Assembly: GCA_964035545.1 (NCBI GenBank)
Contig: CAXIUT010000046.1
Coordinates: forward strand, 1-17,933
Length of the DNA: 17,933 nucleotides
From: Bugula neritina
Lineage: Eukaryota; Animalia; Bryozoa
Direction of reading: 5' to 3'
The position numbers and the translations under genes were made by a program. Of this stretch, positions 1-11,913 are shown piece by piece (positions within the stretch are counted from its first letter, which is position 1; the number at the start of each line of letters is the position of its first letter). Under the pieces are notes generated by a model. It had not been told where the DNA came from. It searched no databases and worked only from the letters and a program-made list of their open reading frames with translations.

Positions 1-98
1 CCCAACCCCAACCCCAACCCCAACCCCAACCCCAACCCCAACCCCAACCCCAACCCCAACCCCAACCCCAACCCAACCCCAACCCCAACCCCAACCCC
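1..98 (+). repeat. Left telomere, (CCCCAA)n
   Basis: Tandem C4A2 hexamers from base 1, with one C3A2 variant near 70-76. This is the Tetrahymena/oligohymenophorean-type repeat, with the C-rich strand 5' as expected for a left end. Confidence 0.98.
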
Positions 99-178
99 TC
101 TAATTTGACTGTAAATAGTGTAAAATAGACATGATGATGATTATGATATGTTTATGGTGATATTTTTTATGTGAATAA

Positions 179-676
179 TCAATATCCTTGTTTTTTGAGG
201 TTGGCTGCTAGGTCTTCTACTCTTTTGTTGAGGTCTCCTGGGTTTTGAGCTTTTCCGTTTTCCATTTTGTTGGTGATGTTGAAGGTACCGATCAAGAAGT
301 AGTTAGTGGTAGTAGCGATACATCCTCCTCCGTTGGCCTATATTATCAAAAAAGTTACTTTTTTAAGGTAGATCAGATTTTGGGCTTAATCGACGTTGAC
401 AGCATAGTATTTCTGGTTGTAGAGTCTGAGTCCTGCTGGGTGTTTGGTTCTTCCGTTGTTGGACATGGCCTAGATGAAGTTAGCTCCTTCATCGACTACG
501 ACTTTATGAGTTTTTTCTAGATCGTTTTAATCTTCCACATCAAATTCGTAGGAAGGGAAGGCTTGGATGGGGAGGTTAGTTGCGCAGATGGCTCCGTTCT
601 TAGCTACAATGTAAGCTGTTTCTGCTACTCCTCCGCTAGTCAAATAATCAATATATTGCTTGTACACTTCAGCCAT
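179..676 (-). CDS. Profilin, ~158 aa, one 21-nt intron (338-358)
   Basis: With UAR=Glu: MAEVYKQYIDYLTSGGVAETAYIVAKNGAICATN...GLRLYNQKYY...IYLKK|ANGGGCIATTTNYFLIGTFN...QNPGDLNKRVEDLAANLKKQGY-TGA. Closely resembles Tetrahymena profilin as I recall it. Confidence 0.93.
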
Positions 677-887
677 AAGATATCTTTATTAAATAAATCT
701 TGATCATGATTATAGATAACTTTATTTAAGAGAAATACAAAATCACCTAATCAACATCTTTAAACCTCCTATCTAATCTCAATAGCTTAAATATCAAATA
801 TTTGAACTCTTTATTGATTCGATGAATTCAACAACTGCATTTAAACTCTAATTTGATATATTTTTATCATCAGATAATCAATAAGAT

Positions 888-1527
888 ATGGCTGAAGAGC
901 AAGTAGCTATAAAGCTGGTGGTCGTGGGCGACGGATCGGTCGGTAAAACTTGTCTACTTATCAGGTATATCTTATACTTCTTAGTTATACTCAGGATCGT
1001 TTTCCAACTGAATATGTACCCACTGTTTTTGACAATTATTCTGCTACTGTCAAAGTTGATGGAAAAATGGTTACTCTTGGTCTTTGGGATACTGCTGGTC
1101 AGTAGTAGTACAATCGTTTGAGACCTTTGGCCTATCCGAATTGTGATGTCTTTCTTATTATCTTTTCAGTCGTAGAACCATCTTCTTTTGTTAATGCTAG
1201 AAAAAAAGTATTCATATTACTATAAAGTGGTATCCTGAGTTACAGGAGAACGTAGGTAATGTGCCTAAGATATTTGTTGGTAACAAGATCGATTTGAGGG
1301 ATTAGTATGCCATGTACAAGAAAGATCCAAAGGAGGCTCCTATTATGCGCTAGACAGCTAGAAAAATAATAGAATAGGAGTTTCAGTGTAAGTACATGGA
1401 GTGTTCTGCTTTGACTCAAGAAGGATTGAAGGGAATATTCGATGAGGCAATGAGAATAGTGATTCAGAAGAAAGCAAAGCCAATAGTGAAGAAGAAACAA
1501 GATAGTTCTTTCTGCAATTTGATTTGA
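888..1527 (+). CDS. Rho-family (Rac/Cdc42-like) small GTPase, 199 aa; introns 965-984 and 1208-1227
   Basis: Motifs [42 protein letters not shown] and ECSALTQ, plus a polybasic tail and CAAX box CNLI before TGA. Two 20-nt GT-AG introns restore the frame. Confidence 0.96.
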
Positions 1528-1636
1528 TTGAAATATCTATGATATAATAGTATAATAGTAATAAATGATTGAGTTAGAATGGTTTGGACGTGGATGTTTG
1601 AATTTAATATTAATAATTAATTATTTAACACCACAA

Positions 1637-1992
1637 ATGAAATACCTTGCTGCTTATGCTTTGCTTGCCCTCTCAGGCAAAAAAGATATCAGTACTATCT
1701 ACTCTATCCAGAATCTGCAGATGTTAAAGCTCTACTTTCAAGCATTGGCGCCCAGTCAGCTGACGAAGATATCACCCGAGTCATCGAAGCTCTTAAAGGA
1801 AAAAATATCAACGACTTGATGAATGAAGGACAAAAGAAGATTGGAGCTTCTAGCGGACCAAGTGCTGCAGGTGCTAAGAAAGATGCTCCTAAAGCTGACA
1901 ACAAGAAAAAATAATAACCCAAGAAGCAAGCTCCACCTCCTCCCAAGGAAGAAGTCGCTGAGGAAGAAGATCTCGGAGATCTCTTCGGCTGA
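1637..1992 (+). CDS. RPLP2: 60S acidic ribosomal protein P2, 111 aa; intron 1692-1711
   Basis: N-terminus MKYLAAYALLALSG, then LKGKNINDLMNEG, an Ala/Lys/Pro hinge and an acidic tail EEEDLGDLFG-TGA. Confidence 0.93.
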
Positions 1993-2134
1993 GTGATTAT
2001 CAGTCTTATTTAAATATTCATCACTATGCTTTGTCTATGCTTGTTATTTAGACAATTCTTTGACTAATTACAAATATTGATGATAATTTGATTAGGATTA
2101 TGATAATATTACATAATAGATCAGTTTCAGAAAC

Positions 2135-4090
2135 ATGGACGACTAGTTTATGAAGTATCTTAGCGAAGATGGAGTGGGTCAGGTTATTTCTCAGGGATTT
2201 GCTGATTTGTATTCTTGTAAGCCTCAGGCTCCTGTTAGGTATTTGGCTAATTGGTTTAAAAAGTATTGTAGTAACCAGGAGGAAATCAAACGTCTAAAGG
2301 AGCATTAGGTATTTAAAAGTAGAAGATGGAAGAAGAGTTAGTGAAAGAGAAGGAAGCCGAGAGGAAGAGAGAAGAAAAGCAACAATAGAATAAGAGATGG
2401 ATGGACTAATTGTAAGAGTTTAAAATTAAAATATAAAATGAATAGTATCACAAATAAATGCTTTTGCATGACTTTCCTGAATTTATTGAGAAACGACTGA
2501 AGTTATCAGGAGTCTATGTAGGTTTTAAAAAATATCCACCTATTAAAATTAAAGATAATGATGATGATTTCGATGCTCATCTCGATAAAAATCAATCTAA
2601 AATTATCTACTATATGGGCTCATCAGCTTCTCAAGCTGCATTGATGTTGGGTCAGTAGTTGTCACTTGAGAAGGGTGTTACTGGTGCTGCTTTGAATTTA
2701 TCTTTGGATGATCCTTAACCCAACTAATAAGGAGTGGTAGAACAGAAAGATAAGTATGTTTATGTGCCAAATGTAGTTAAAAATTAGAGTATGCACTTTT
2801 TTAGATTACCTAAGTTGGGTTCTTTTATGGCGATTCCTTTGGTTTATCAGGCTTATATTCATGAAGATATTTTCAATGTGGCGCTTTAGGCAAGGATCAA
2901 GTATCTTGCTGAGTTGTAGGAATTTTAGAAGGCTAAGGCTGAGGCTTTGAAGGAAATTTAATCGTAGATCCAGAATGCTGAGCAGAGGTTGTAGGAGGCA
3001 AAATAGAAAGGAGATGAGCCTGGAGCAGAAACAGCCAAAGCTGACTTAGAAGAGTCAACTAAAAAGTAGCAATAAAAATCAGCATAAAAATTTGAATAGA
3101 AGATAGATTTGCCAACAAAGAAGAAATAGTATGTGGTTTGTATTGACACATTGGGTCAGGACCGTGAGATCTCGAAAGTTCATCAGTAGTGGTTGGTGGA
3201 TATGGTTCGTTATTTTAGAAATTGTTGGTAGAAGAAATCAAAGGAGCTGCTTTACAAAGATGTTGAGTATCAGATTGGTATTCAGCAGGGTCAGTAGAAG
3301 AGTTACTAGGCTTTGGTTGATCATTTGTAGAGATGTACTGACTTGCCATCGGATGTGAGGACTGGAATCGACTAGCTCTAAGATGAGTTATTGAAAGATT
3401 ACAAGCGTAAGAGTTACTAGTTGGATGCATTGAGGAGAGAGTTGAGAGATAATCCTGTATATCTGAATAACTTTTGCTTTCTTAAAAATTTCAGAGTGAT
3501 GAAATTTAAAGGATTGATCCAAATCTTGTTGTATTTATTGGGTCATAAAAAACATGAAATCAATCGACCGAGTACTAATGATATGATATAGATAAGACTA
3601 GGCTGGACTGGAAGAAGGTGAAGTCAACTTGTTTTGAGAGTTAAACATTTAATGCATTGATAGATTTTCAATCTGAAGGTCCTAAGCCTGAATAATTTGC
3701 ATATTATTCCAAGCCTAAATTCATTGCTGAAAATTGTATTTAAATATTTATGTAGTAACTAAATACTAGGAGGCAGATGTATATAAATTCAATATCGGAT
3801 TGGGTGTTCTTTTGACATTGGCTAAGAAGACAGTAGCTCATCGTGTTTGCAATGTTGAGGTGCGAAGGGCTCAGAAAGAGAAAGATCGATAGACCATTCG
3901 TAAACTGATCTAGTAGAATGAGAAGATAGCTGAGGAGAGAGTGAATGGTTTATAGAAGTACAAAGGCGAGTTGACTCCTGAATAATTATAGGCATTTAAG
4001 GAATAGACTTGGCTGGAGACTTATGATTTGGAGAATGCTCCTAAGTAGATTCCTGAAGATGTGGTTGAGGATATTGATAATGATTACTGA
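2135..4090 (+). CDS. DPY-30-motif protein with GAF-like central region (radial spoke RSP2-like ciliary protein); introns 3572-3591 and 3736-3755, plus an unresolved frame junction near 2309-2325
   Basis: N-terminal YLSEDGVGQVISQGFADLYSCKPQAPVRYLANW is a DPY-30/RIIa-type motif. It is followed by coiled coil, GAF-like elements (KGVTG...YVPNVVKN..MHFFRLPKLGSFMAIPL...YVVCIDTLGQDR) and a C-terminus PEDVVEDIDNDY-TGA. The RSP2 label is inferred from the DPY-30+GAF architecture. Confidence 0.72.
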
Positions 4091-4116
4091 TGTCCCAATA
4101 ATATTAATAACCATTG

Positions 4117-4578
4117 ATGAACGAAACATAGAAGTATCTAAATAGCATTCTGAACAAACGGTTGGGTTCAGTTGTCAACCAATCTGCTTTCCCTAATAAT
4201 GCAGGCACTGTTGCTAGAATACCTTTGCAGGAGTAAGAAGTGGCTAAAATGCCAACTGTTTTCAGGAAAAAACATGAGACAGTTATTATGGAGCAAAAAA
4301 GTATGGCCAGGGATTCAGTGGCTATGACGATTGTTGAGGATAAGATGGAGAGTAGAGAGAATGATCGGGAGCCTGTGGAAAATCATCGAGTGGAGTATAT
4401 GGCCATATCGAAACGGCTGACCAAAAAGCAGAATGAAGAGTATACCAGTTAGGCTGTAGATATTGATAAATACGAGACCAAGAAAGAGTTATCCAAAAAT
4501 AGAATCGAAGAAGAGTAGTTACGTGGAACAGTTGGAGGCAAAACTAAACGTAAAAAAATATTTTAGGAATTTGCTTGA
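4117..4578 (+). CDS. Hypothetical protein, 153 aa, charged
   Basis: ATG to TGA open frame under UAR=Glu (MNETEKYLNSILNKRLG...KRKKIFEEFA). It includes track ORF 4240..4452. No family recognised. Confidence 0.7.
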
Positions 4579-4704
4579 TTATATTGGTATTTTGTTCAAA
4601 ATCATTGTAGTATAGTACTCTGATAGATAGCTATTAATGATAGTAGAAAATAAGTAAAAGCTAGATAGTTAATACTTTTGATGGATGATAAGTAATAGAA
4701 GAGA

Positions 4705-5979
4705 TCAATTACTCATGAACTGGTTGTAGTTGAGATCTTATTTTTTGAGGAAAGCTTTGGCTTATTCTTCTTTGACTACACCTGTTATTTTATTTCCTGT
4801 ATATTTGAGTCGATTGATCTTTTTGAGGTGTTCGAACTGTGCATAGAAATCTAGACTATGATGATTCTTTAGTTTTTATTTTTAATTCTTATTGACTTGG
4901 GACTAAATCGAATCTGCAATAGCAATAATTCTATTGACATTATGTTTTCCTATTTTGAAATCACTGCGTTTGATATCTTTGTTTCTATTATTAGTTCTGC
5001 TTTTATAATCCTGGAATCGTCTCTTATCTTACTTCTAGTGATAGTAATCTGCCAAATGGATGCTAGTTAGAATCAGGTTAGGATAATACTATAAATTATT
5101 GTTTACGTCTAATACTTACTAGTTGTCTAGGGCATTCATTTTTCTTTTTATAAAATTCTAATCTGAAGGACCGTGTTCTCTTACATGTTGGATCACCTTG
5201 CTAAGGTCGCCTATGTTGATAAGATAACTTAGAGATCTATGGATGTTTTTTTATTATAGACTTTGGATGGTTCCCTAGGCAACTGATCTAGCTATTACTT
5301 TCATCTTTTATAAATTGAATTCGATGTTGTCGAATGATGCTTTTATTTGAATACTTAGTGTTTTAGTACATTTTTATAGTTAAGATTGTGGTACTCTTTA
5401 TTTGTAGTGATCTTTGAAGGCTTGTTCTACAGCTTTGAATATGATCTTTTAAAACTATTCTACTGGTTTGGGCATACAGAATGATATCATGGTTCTGAAG
5501 GGTAGTTCTAGAAGATATTATTTCTTCAAAAAATTAATGCCACAGAATATAAAGCTCAAACGAAATGGAAATTATCGCTGGCAGGCAGCGTAGAACGCAG
5601 GTATGAAAGTCTAACTCATAACCATTTATTCGATATTGTCCATGAATACATAGAGGTTGTCAAGGTAGTTGATTAGACCAGAATTATTTGCTATCAACTT
5701 TTTCATTTAGTTTATCCAGGAATCCAAGTTAAGAGGAGAATTAGGTTTTTAGAATCTGGCTTTTTTTCCATTCAGATATTTATTTAGTTCTACATTGAAC
5801 AACTTGAGAAAGTTAGACTTTTTATTAGCAAGAGTGCAGTTGATCTACAGGTAAGGTACGTCGTTTTTGTCCAGTAAAGAGTGGATAAGAGTAGTTTTTC
5901 CTGAGGCTTTTTGTCCATAGAGTATGAAGGAGACATTGGCTCTGAGCAGTCGTACTATAACTTATGGTTTGGGAAGCAT
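4705..5979 (-). CDS. ORC5: Origin recognition complex subunit 5-like AAA+ protein, 424 aa
   Basis: Walker A FILYGQKASGKTT, VPYLEINC, Walker-B-like YVFMDNIE. The C-terminal LILTSIHLADYYHEKEDKRRF and NRIIAIADSI resemble the ORC5_C motifs AYLAS.N....D.R.F and RLLAI. The 425-codon frame is uninterrupted. Confidence 0.75.
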
Positions 5980-6136
5980 GTTTTTGCGGGGTTTATTTAT
6001 ATATTTGAATTATGTGATTAGGCTAAATAATTATAAATCATCATTCAATATCATTTATAGTTTGTTGATATTGATTGATGATCAGTATTAGATCATATCT
6101 ATTGATGGTTATTTAGAATAGTTAGTCTATAATTGA

Positions 6137-7560
6137 ATGTTTTCTGATCGATAACTTCAATCTTTTCCACCAAAAACTCTTCATCTTATTCAAAATGGTC
6201 ACCCATAAAATCTATTCTCTTAAACCTTCACTAAACCTCTTACTCGCAAGTAGTTGGAGTCGCTTTGTGATCGACGTTGGAAACAACAGAAAAATAAACA
6301 TCTACGACTGTTTAGTATAGAAGGAGTATAGATCATGGAAGAGTAGCTGCAATATGTTCGTAATAATGCTAGAATTTATATCAGTCGTGGTATTGTTAAT
6401 GATATGTAGGGTAGGATTTCGATAGTAATAGAAATTTTGGAGAATATCAGTTGATATAGCAATTGGGTGAGGGGGGATTCGGTCGAGTTTGGTTGTCGAA
6501 AAGTAGTATAAATCAGTAGATGGCAGCAATTAAAATTCTAAAACTATAAAAAATATGTAAAACTGTCAATCATATAGCTGGTACCAGAGATATCGACATG
6601 TTATTTCGTTAAGTATAAACTCTAAAAGTACTATCTCATACTAACATCGTCAAAATTATAAATTGTTATGCTTTATCTAATATGCAGTTGGTGGTGGTGA
6701 TGTAGTATTTATCTGGAGGCGAGTTGTTGAAGATGTTGAAGTAGAAGGGGAGATTTGACTAGTAGACTGCTTTGAAGATATTTGTGCAGATAGTCAATGC
6801 GGTTGCTCATTGTCATCGGTAGGGGATTATTCATCGTGATCTTAAATTGGAAAACGTGTTGTTTTAGAATAGAGAACAGATGAAAGTCAAAGTGGCTGAT
6901 TTTGGTATTTCTGGAGTAGCTGATAGTTTCAATCCTGATATTGATATTGGAACTTTAAAATATATGGCTCCTTAAGTCCTAAATAGAACTTAAAAAAATA
7001 ATAGTACAGCAGTTGACATATGGGCTTTAGGTGTTATTTTGTATTGTATGGTCTATGGAAAGTTACCTTTCTCGTAAAGTAGTAAAAGTGCGACCATCCA
7101 AACCATCATCAAAGGTCAATTTGCCTTTCTCAATAATAAATATGTAGTCTCAAACTAATGTCAAAATCTTATCAATGCTATGTTAACAGTAGATCCCAAG
7201 GCACGTCCGTCCATTCACTAACTGCAAAGTTATCCTTGGATGCAAGGAATTCGTTAAACTTTTTAAGATAGAGTCATCTAGACTGAAATAGAATAGCCTC
7301 AATCGCCATCACCGGCACGTTAGAGACGCAAGTTATCAGGTCTTCCTCGCAAGACTGTGATTCCTAAGCGATTGTAGAGGTAGAAGGAGTAGGTGATGTA
7401 GTAGTTGAGGAATATGAAGGGTAGTCGTGGTAGGCTGCCTCGTTCTGATTCAAAATTTAGATAAAGTTCTCCTAGATACATGATGAATATTCGTTGTAAG
7501 TAGTAGGAGGGCCGAGGTATAAAGCGTCGTAGATCTTTTATATCTTCATTATGGAAATGA
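6137..7560 (+). CDS. CAMK-group (AMPK/MARK-like) Ser/Thr kinase with N-terminal KHA/ubiquitin-like domain; intron 6390-6409, possible 21-nt intron 6557-6577
   Basis: Motifs GEGGFGRV, AAIKIL, MEYLSGGEL, HRDLKLENVL, DFG, GTLKYMAPE and DIWALGVILY. The N-terminal RLFSIEGVEI...IYISRGEDFD module precedes the kinase domain. Confidence 0.93.
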
Positions 7561-7629
7561 ATCATTTTGATTTTATTCTAACTTTTTATTTTTGTTTGTT
7601 TAGAATAATATAATCGCTGAATAGAACAC

Positions 7630-8178
7630 ATGTCATTTTTCAATCTTTTCAAAAAGGTAGAACCCAATATAACAAACAACCCAGATCTTGATAGCACTTT
7701 CTTCAATATGAACGTTAAACAGTTGCCTAGCAATTTTGCTCAATCTCTTATGGACCTATAGATGAAACTATAGTTCGCATAGACCTATGAGTTGGATGTT
7801 GTTCGTTAATTGAACTAGTTGTATCGAAAGGGAATTTAATATTATGTTCATCATGATCCTAAGAAAGCAAAACACTTTCAAAGAAAACTTACATCACTAC
7901 TATCTAATCCTCAAACCTTGACTCTTTTTGATAAAAAACCTCAAGAACCACAAACTCAACACTACCAAAAAACACTAAGAAGCTAGATAGGAGATTTTCA
8001 TGCCCAATCTAATGCTCTAGTAGCCCAAATGATTGAAGGATCATAACTTAAAATATAAAAAACGGGAAGGATAGTAAACCAGCAATTAATAGACCAATAG
8101 AGCCGATTGAAGAGTCGTTTGGCTTCTCGAAGTAGCAGTCGTCAAGCTAGAAATAAGAAGGCATTTTTATCTCCATGA
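7630..8178 (+). CDS. Hypothetical helical protein, 182 aa
   Basis: ATG to TGA open frame under UAR=Glu, MSFFNLFKK...ELNELYRKGIEYY...KHFQRKLTSLLSNP...KAFLSP. Confidence 0.75.
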
Positions 8179-8209
8179 TTTTATAGTAAAATAATAAAGA
8201 GAAAAGATA

Positions 8210-9235
8210 TCACTAGTCATCATTTTATTATCGTCCATAGATGTGTTATAATTTTTGTTATAGCTCAATAAGGAAGGAATCTTGTTTATATCTGTTAGCT
8301 TTATTTTATTTCTTTATGTGTCTCATAGCTTGTTCAATTGATAGCTCACTATCTGAATTATTTAGTTAAATAGTTTGGATTTAGCTGTGTTTTCTGTTGG
8401 TTGGAGTGTTTTCATGTGGTTTTTGTTTTTATGATTACTATGTTGTTTTTATTGTTTTTTTGAATGAACATTTGTTCTCTATTAAGTTGTTTTAGTTGTT
8501 TTATGATTTTTTATTTTTTCTAAAAAATCCTTGACTATTTTGATTTCCTTAACTTTTTTGTTTGAAAAATGATGGACTTTTCATTCCTACGACTCTTGAT
8601 TGAACATTTTGTCTGCAACCTAAGGGAAATTGACTCATAGCCATCATTCCTTTATTAGGAGTACTCTTTATAGAAGTATCAGGAGTAAATCCTTTTCCTG
8701 GAGATCCTTAGAATTTCGATTATCTATTTCTATTTCGATAAAATTTACCATTAACATCTTGATTTATTTCCATTCTATTTGGACTGTTCGCGAAGGTATG
8801 ACTATACCTTGACGTAGGACTGGTAAACTGAAAAGATTTGGGTGATTGGTAGTGATTGGGACTGAGGTAGGACTGGTGTGTGGGTGTGAAAGTGCTATAT
8901 AAACGTTGATGGTTGTTGTTATTTTGAGGATATTGTGGATATTATGGATATTGAGGTTGGTTGTTGTACATGTTGGGTGTTATTGATATGCTTTAGCTGG
9001 GTCTATGGGTGTGATTGAAGTTGTGATTGGGTGTATATGAGTAGCGTTCAGTGACGGGTTGTGGTTAGCTGTTTCCAATGAAGGAATGTTGGATCTAAAA
9101 TTGATAGTTATGTACATTCATGACTGCTTCTAGTTGCATTTTGAGCATAGTGTTTTATCTTTTGAGGTTTGTTATTGTTTAGTTACTAACTTGGTTGATG
9201 GCTACTGGTTGCCAGAGTACTTGTGAAGGCTGCAT
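8210..9235 (-). CDS. Hypothetical low-complexity protein (Q/N/P/S-rich, many SP/TP sites); probable 21-nt intron 9095-9115
   Basis: Open from ATG 9235 to TGA 8210 under UAR=Glu. It has a short N-terminal coiled coil (LKRENTMLKMQLE), YPQ-type repeats and a helical acidic C-terminus (FLIELEQKLEHIYGREENDDE). Confidence 0.7.
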
Positions 9236-9383
9236 TATTAGAAAAATATTCTATTTTTCCATAAATCATATCATAATTTTTTAATGATTTCTATTGATGA
9301 AAGATAAATAAAATTTTGTTCTATCATTTTCTCCCTTAAAAATCAAATATTGAATGATGATAATTAATAATTGTAACTTCGTT

Positions 9384-9905
9384 ATGCAAGGTTCCAATAA
9401 CACATTTACTCGTACAGCTAAAAACAGTCTGTATAAGACCAATAACCAAGAATATGGTACTCCTTGGGTGCAGAGCAATCAGAGGCCGGAGCAGACCAAC
9501 ATCAAGAAAGACACGATTCCCACGTATTCTGAGATAGTGGGTTCTTTGCAAGATTTCAGACGTACTTAGAGATTGATTAAAAAAAAAGTGTTGTATGAGA
9601 AGTTGTAGCAGGAAGGAGTGGATCCTCATAGTGAGAACAAACGCTATCAGAAAAGCACTCAATTTCATGTGACTAAGGGTTACGAAGAGTATCCAAAACA
9701 TGGAGTAAATGTTGGCAATGTGATGTACCATACAAACAACATGAACTATGGATCTAATAAACCTGCCTAGTTCTAAATTCAGGATAAATACCATCCATGT
9801 AATAGCAACTTTACTCGATCTTTCAATGGAGGCCCGAATAGGTTCAATGGACTCAATACTGTCAAAACAGTTAGTGGAGTTCATTCTAGTTTGAATGATA
9901 TGTGA
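9384..9905 (+). CDS. PIERCE1/PIERCE2 (DUF4490, FAP182-like) ciliary microtubule inner protein, 173 aa
   Basis: MYHTNNMNYGSNKPAEFEIQDKYHPCNSNFTRSFNGGPNRFNGLNT matches the family pattern YrTtN..YG...P...e.P..y.P....F.......g..r..gLNt. A second YKTNNQEYG motif lies near the N-terminus. Confidence 0.75.
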
Positions 9906-10146
9906 TCCCTCATTAATACTTTTTTTTTACACTACAATAAAATTAGAACAGAAAAATTTAATATCAAGTAATGGGGGGCATAATAGGAAGGGAGAGATAA
10001 TATAGAAGGAAGCGAGTATGAGATGAGATGGGTTGAAGTAAAGGTTTATGTTGATTTTTGTTTGAATATATCATGTATTAATGTTTTTTGATGTATTGGA
10101 TATGTTCTTAAATGCATGGTAAAAAGTACGACTCATATAATATTTA

Positions 10147-11037
10147 ATGTAATTGATCAAAAGATCATCAATTCTTTAAAAAGATGAGGAATATCATTGC
10201 AATGAGTCATTTGCTAGCTGTTGGCCATAGGTTGATAATGGTTCTATTGAGATAGAAGCATAAAATGATGTGAATGGATCTAATCACCCTTAATCCTTTT
10301 GCTATATTCCTGAATGGGAATTAAGTCCTCCACTTATGGACATTCCTGAACAGCCTAGACCTCAAAAATATCAGAACTTGTCCCCTGAAGAAGCTGAACA
10401 GTGTGACAAGTTCTTGACCTTTGATGCTAGTTCTCCTTAGCCGATTATATCTTAAAGATTAAAAGAAGAAGTTGTTCAAGAAGAGGAATCTCATAACATT
10501 CAAAACTCTTTCTCAACATTGAATTCTTAATTTAGTGAGAATAGGGAGTAATTGAATAATTCTTCTGAAGAGAATTGTTCTCTTTTCAAGGCAGAGAAAA
10601 AGAGACGTCTAAGAAACCAGGAAAAAGATTATTCAGGCCAGGCAGACAAATTCAGAAATCATTTTCCTAATATTGTCAATAGAGTGGTTAAAATGATGAT
10701 CAATGATTGTTAGGGATTGATTCAGAAGATGTTTAAAAAGATAGGAGAAGATTATGAAGAGTTTTAGACAAAATGTCTTTAACTTATGAAGAAGAATTGT
10801 AGTTGTGAGAACTTTTCTTTGTTCTATGATTCTCTAAGACCTCATCCTTTGCTGATGAAGATCTTTATGAGGACTTTTGAACGATTCTTAAGGAAAAAGT
10901 ATTCAGTGCTGTTGTTGAAAACTGGAAGGGCTAGTGATAAGGATGGCTACTTCTGGATAAAAAATACCAAAGCCTTATGGTTTGAGGAATAATATTCTCT
11001 CGAACAACAATTATGGGCCTCGAAAAGGACATAATGA
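10147..11037 (+). CDS. Hypothetical protein, 296 aa: acidic/disordered N-terminal half and basic helical C-terminal domain
   Basis: Open ATG to TGA frame that includes track ORF 10786..10992. The C-terminal domain reads KFRNHFPNIVNR...FERFLRKKYSVLLLKTGRASDKDGYFW. Confidence 0.75.
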
Positions 11038-11119
11038 TATTCAATAGCTTATCATCTATACTAATCAACTTTCAACAAACGAATTTCATTCGCGAAGAAC
11101 TCATATCAAAATAATAGAC

Positions 11120-11891
11120 TCAAATATATATTTTCAAATATCTTTATCTAAGCATTTCCTGCAAAACAGATTGTTTCATTCTTCCAGAACTGGCCAAATC
11201 TACTTCATTCAGCATCTACCTATTTTTTTTATTGAAAAAGGTTTTAATTTGAACAGCCAAGTGAGTGAATGTCCTTGAACTCTTTTTTAATCCCAACTAA
11301 AATAAGCTAACTAATACCTTTAAATAGCAATAAACTAAACATTCTTACTAAATGTCATACATGCTAGATCTTAAAAATCATTGATATAATTGCCTTATAG
11401 CATCAATTCTGCCAAATATTTACAATTCATTTTGGTCAACGGTCGAATACTAACCATTTAGTTATGTGCTATTTATCTATCTAAATACATATCCTCAATT
11501 TTTATAGAATGGGGGCATTGATTTTGCTGAGTCCTTCGATATTTCGAATGTTATTGACTTCTTCACTAAACATCTATTACATAAATTCAAGTAGACTAGA
11601 TTGTCAAAAGATATGCCTGATATATGTCTGACCACTCCTTCATTGTATGTCATTTCTATTTTAGGAGAGAATCATACAAATTGATAATCTTTCGACTTAG
11701 CTCTTTACCATCATCATGAAAATTAAATCCCATTTTTGCTATTGGTATTGTTTGTGTTCTTGAATATAGATAAAATCACATATTTTCCAGTTGTTTTTGT
11801 TCAGTATTCTCATAATAGTCATAGTAAACAGTTGTACTTGTTGTTTGTATTTGTTTCTATCAAATAGAGAATTTCCCATACATGTATTCAT
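11120..11891 (-). CDS. Leucine-rich repeat protein, ~222 aa; introns 11656-11677, 11561-11580, 11469-11488, 11297-11317, 11200-11219
   Basis: After splicing: FDNLVYLNLEVNNIRNIEGLSKINAPILEKLRISHNEMVSIRPLTKMNCKYLAELMLEGNYINDFEDL, i.e. LxxLxLxxNxI repeats. The spliced length is divisible by 3 and ends in TGA. Confidence 0.82.
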
Positions 11892-11913
11892 TGATAATTA
11901 TAATATGACATGA

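Noticed and set aside
5578-5625. GC-rich hairpin-like patch as a structured intron or ncRNA in ORC5
   Set aside because: It translates in frame (MVMSETFIPAFYAACQREFPF) and no splice is needed.
1103-6975. Standard ciliate code (UAR=Gln, table 6)
   Set aside because: It would put Gln at the kinase alphaC and APE glutamates and in Rho DTAGQEEY. Conserved Gln positions here use CAA/CAG.
9336-9884. 182-aa minus-strand ORF
   Set aside because: It is antisense to the PIERCE-like gene, which has the recognisable motifs. It has no motif of its own.
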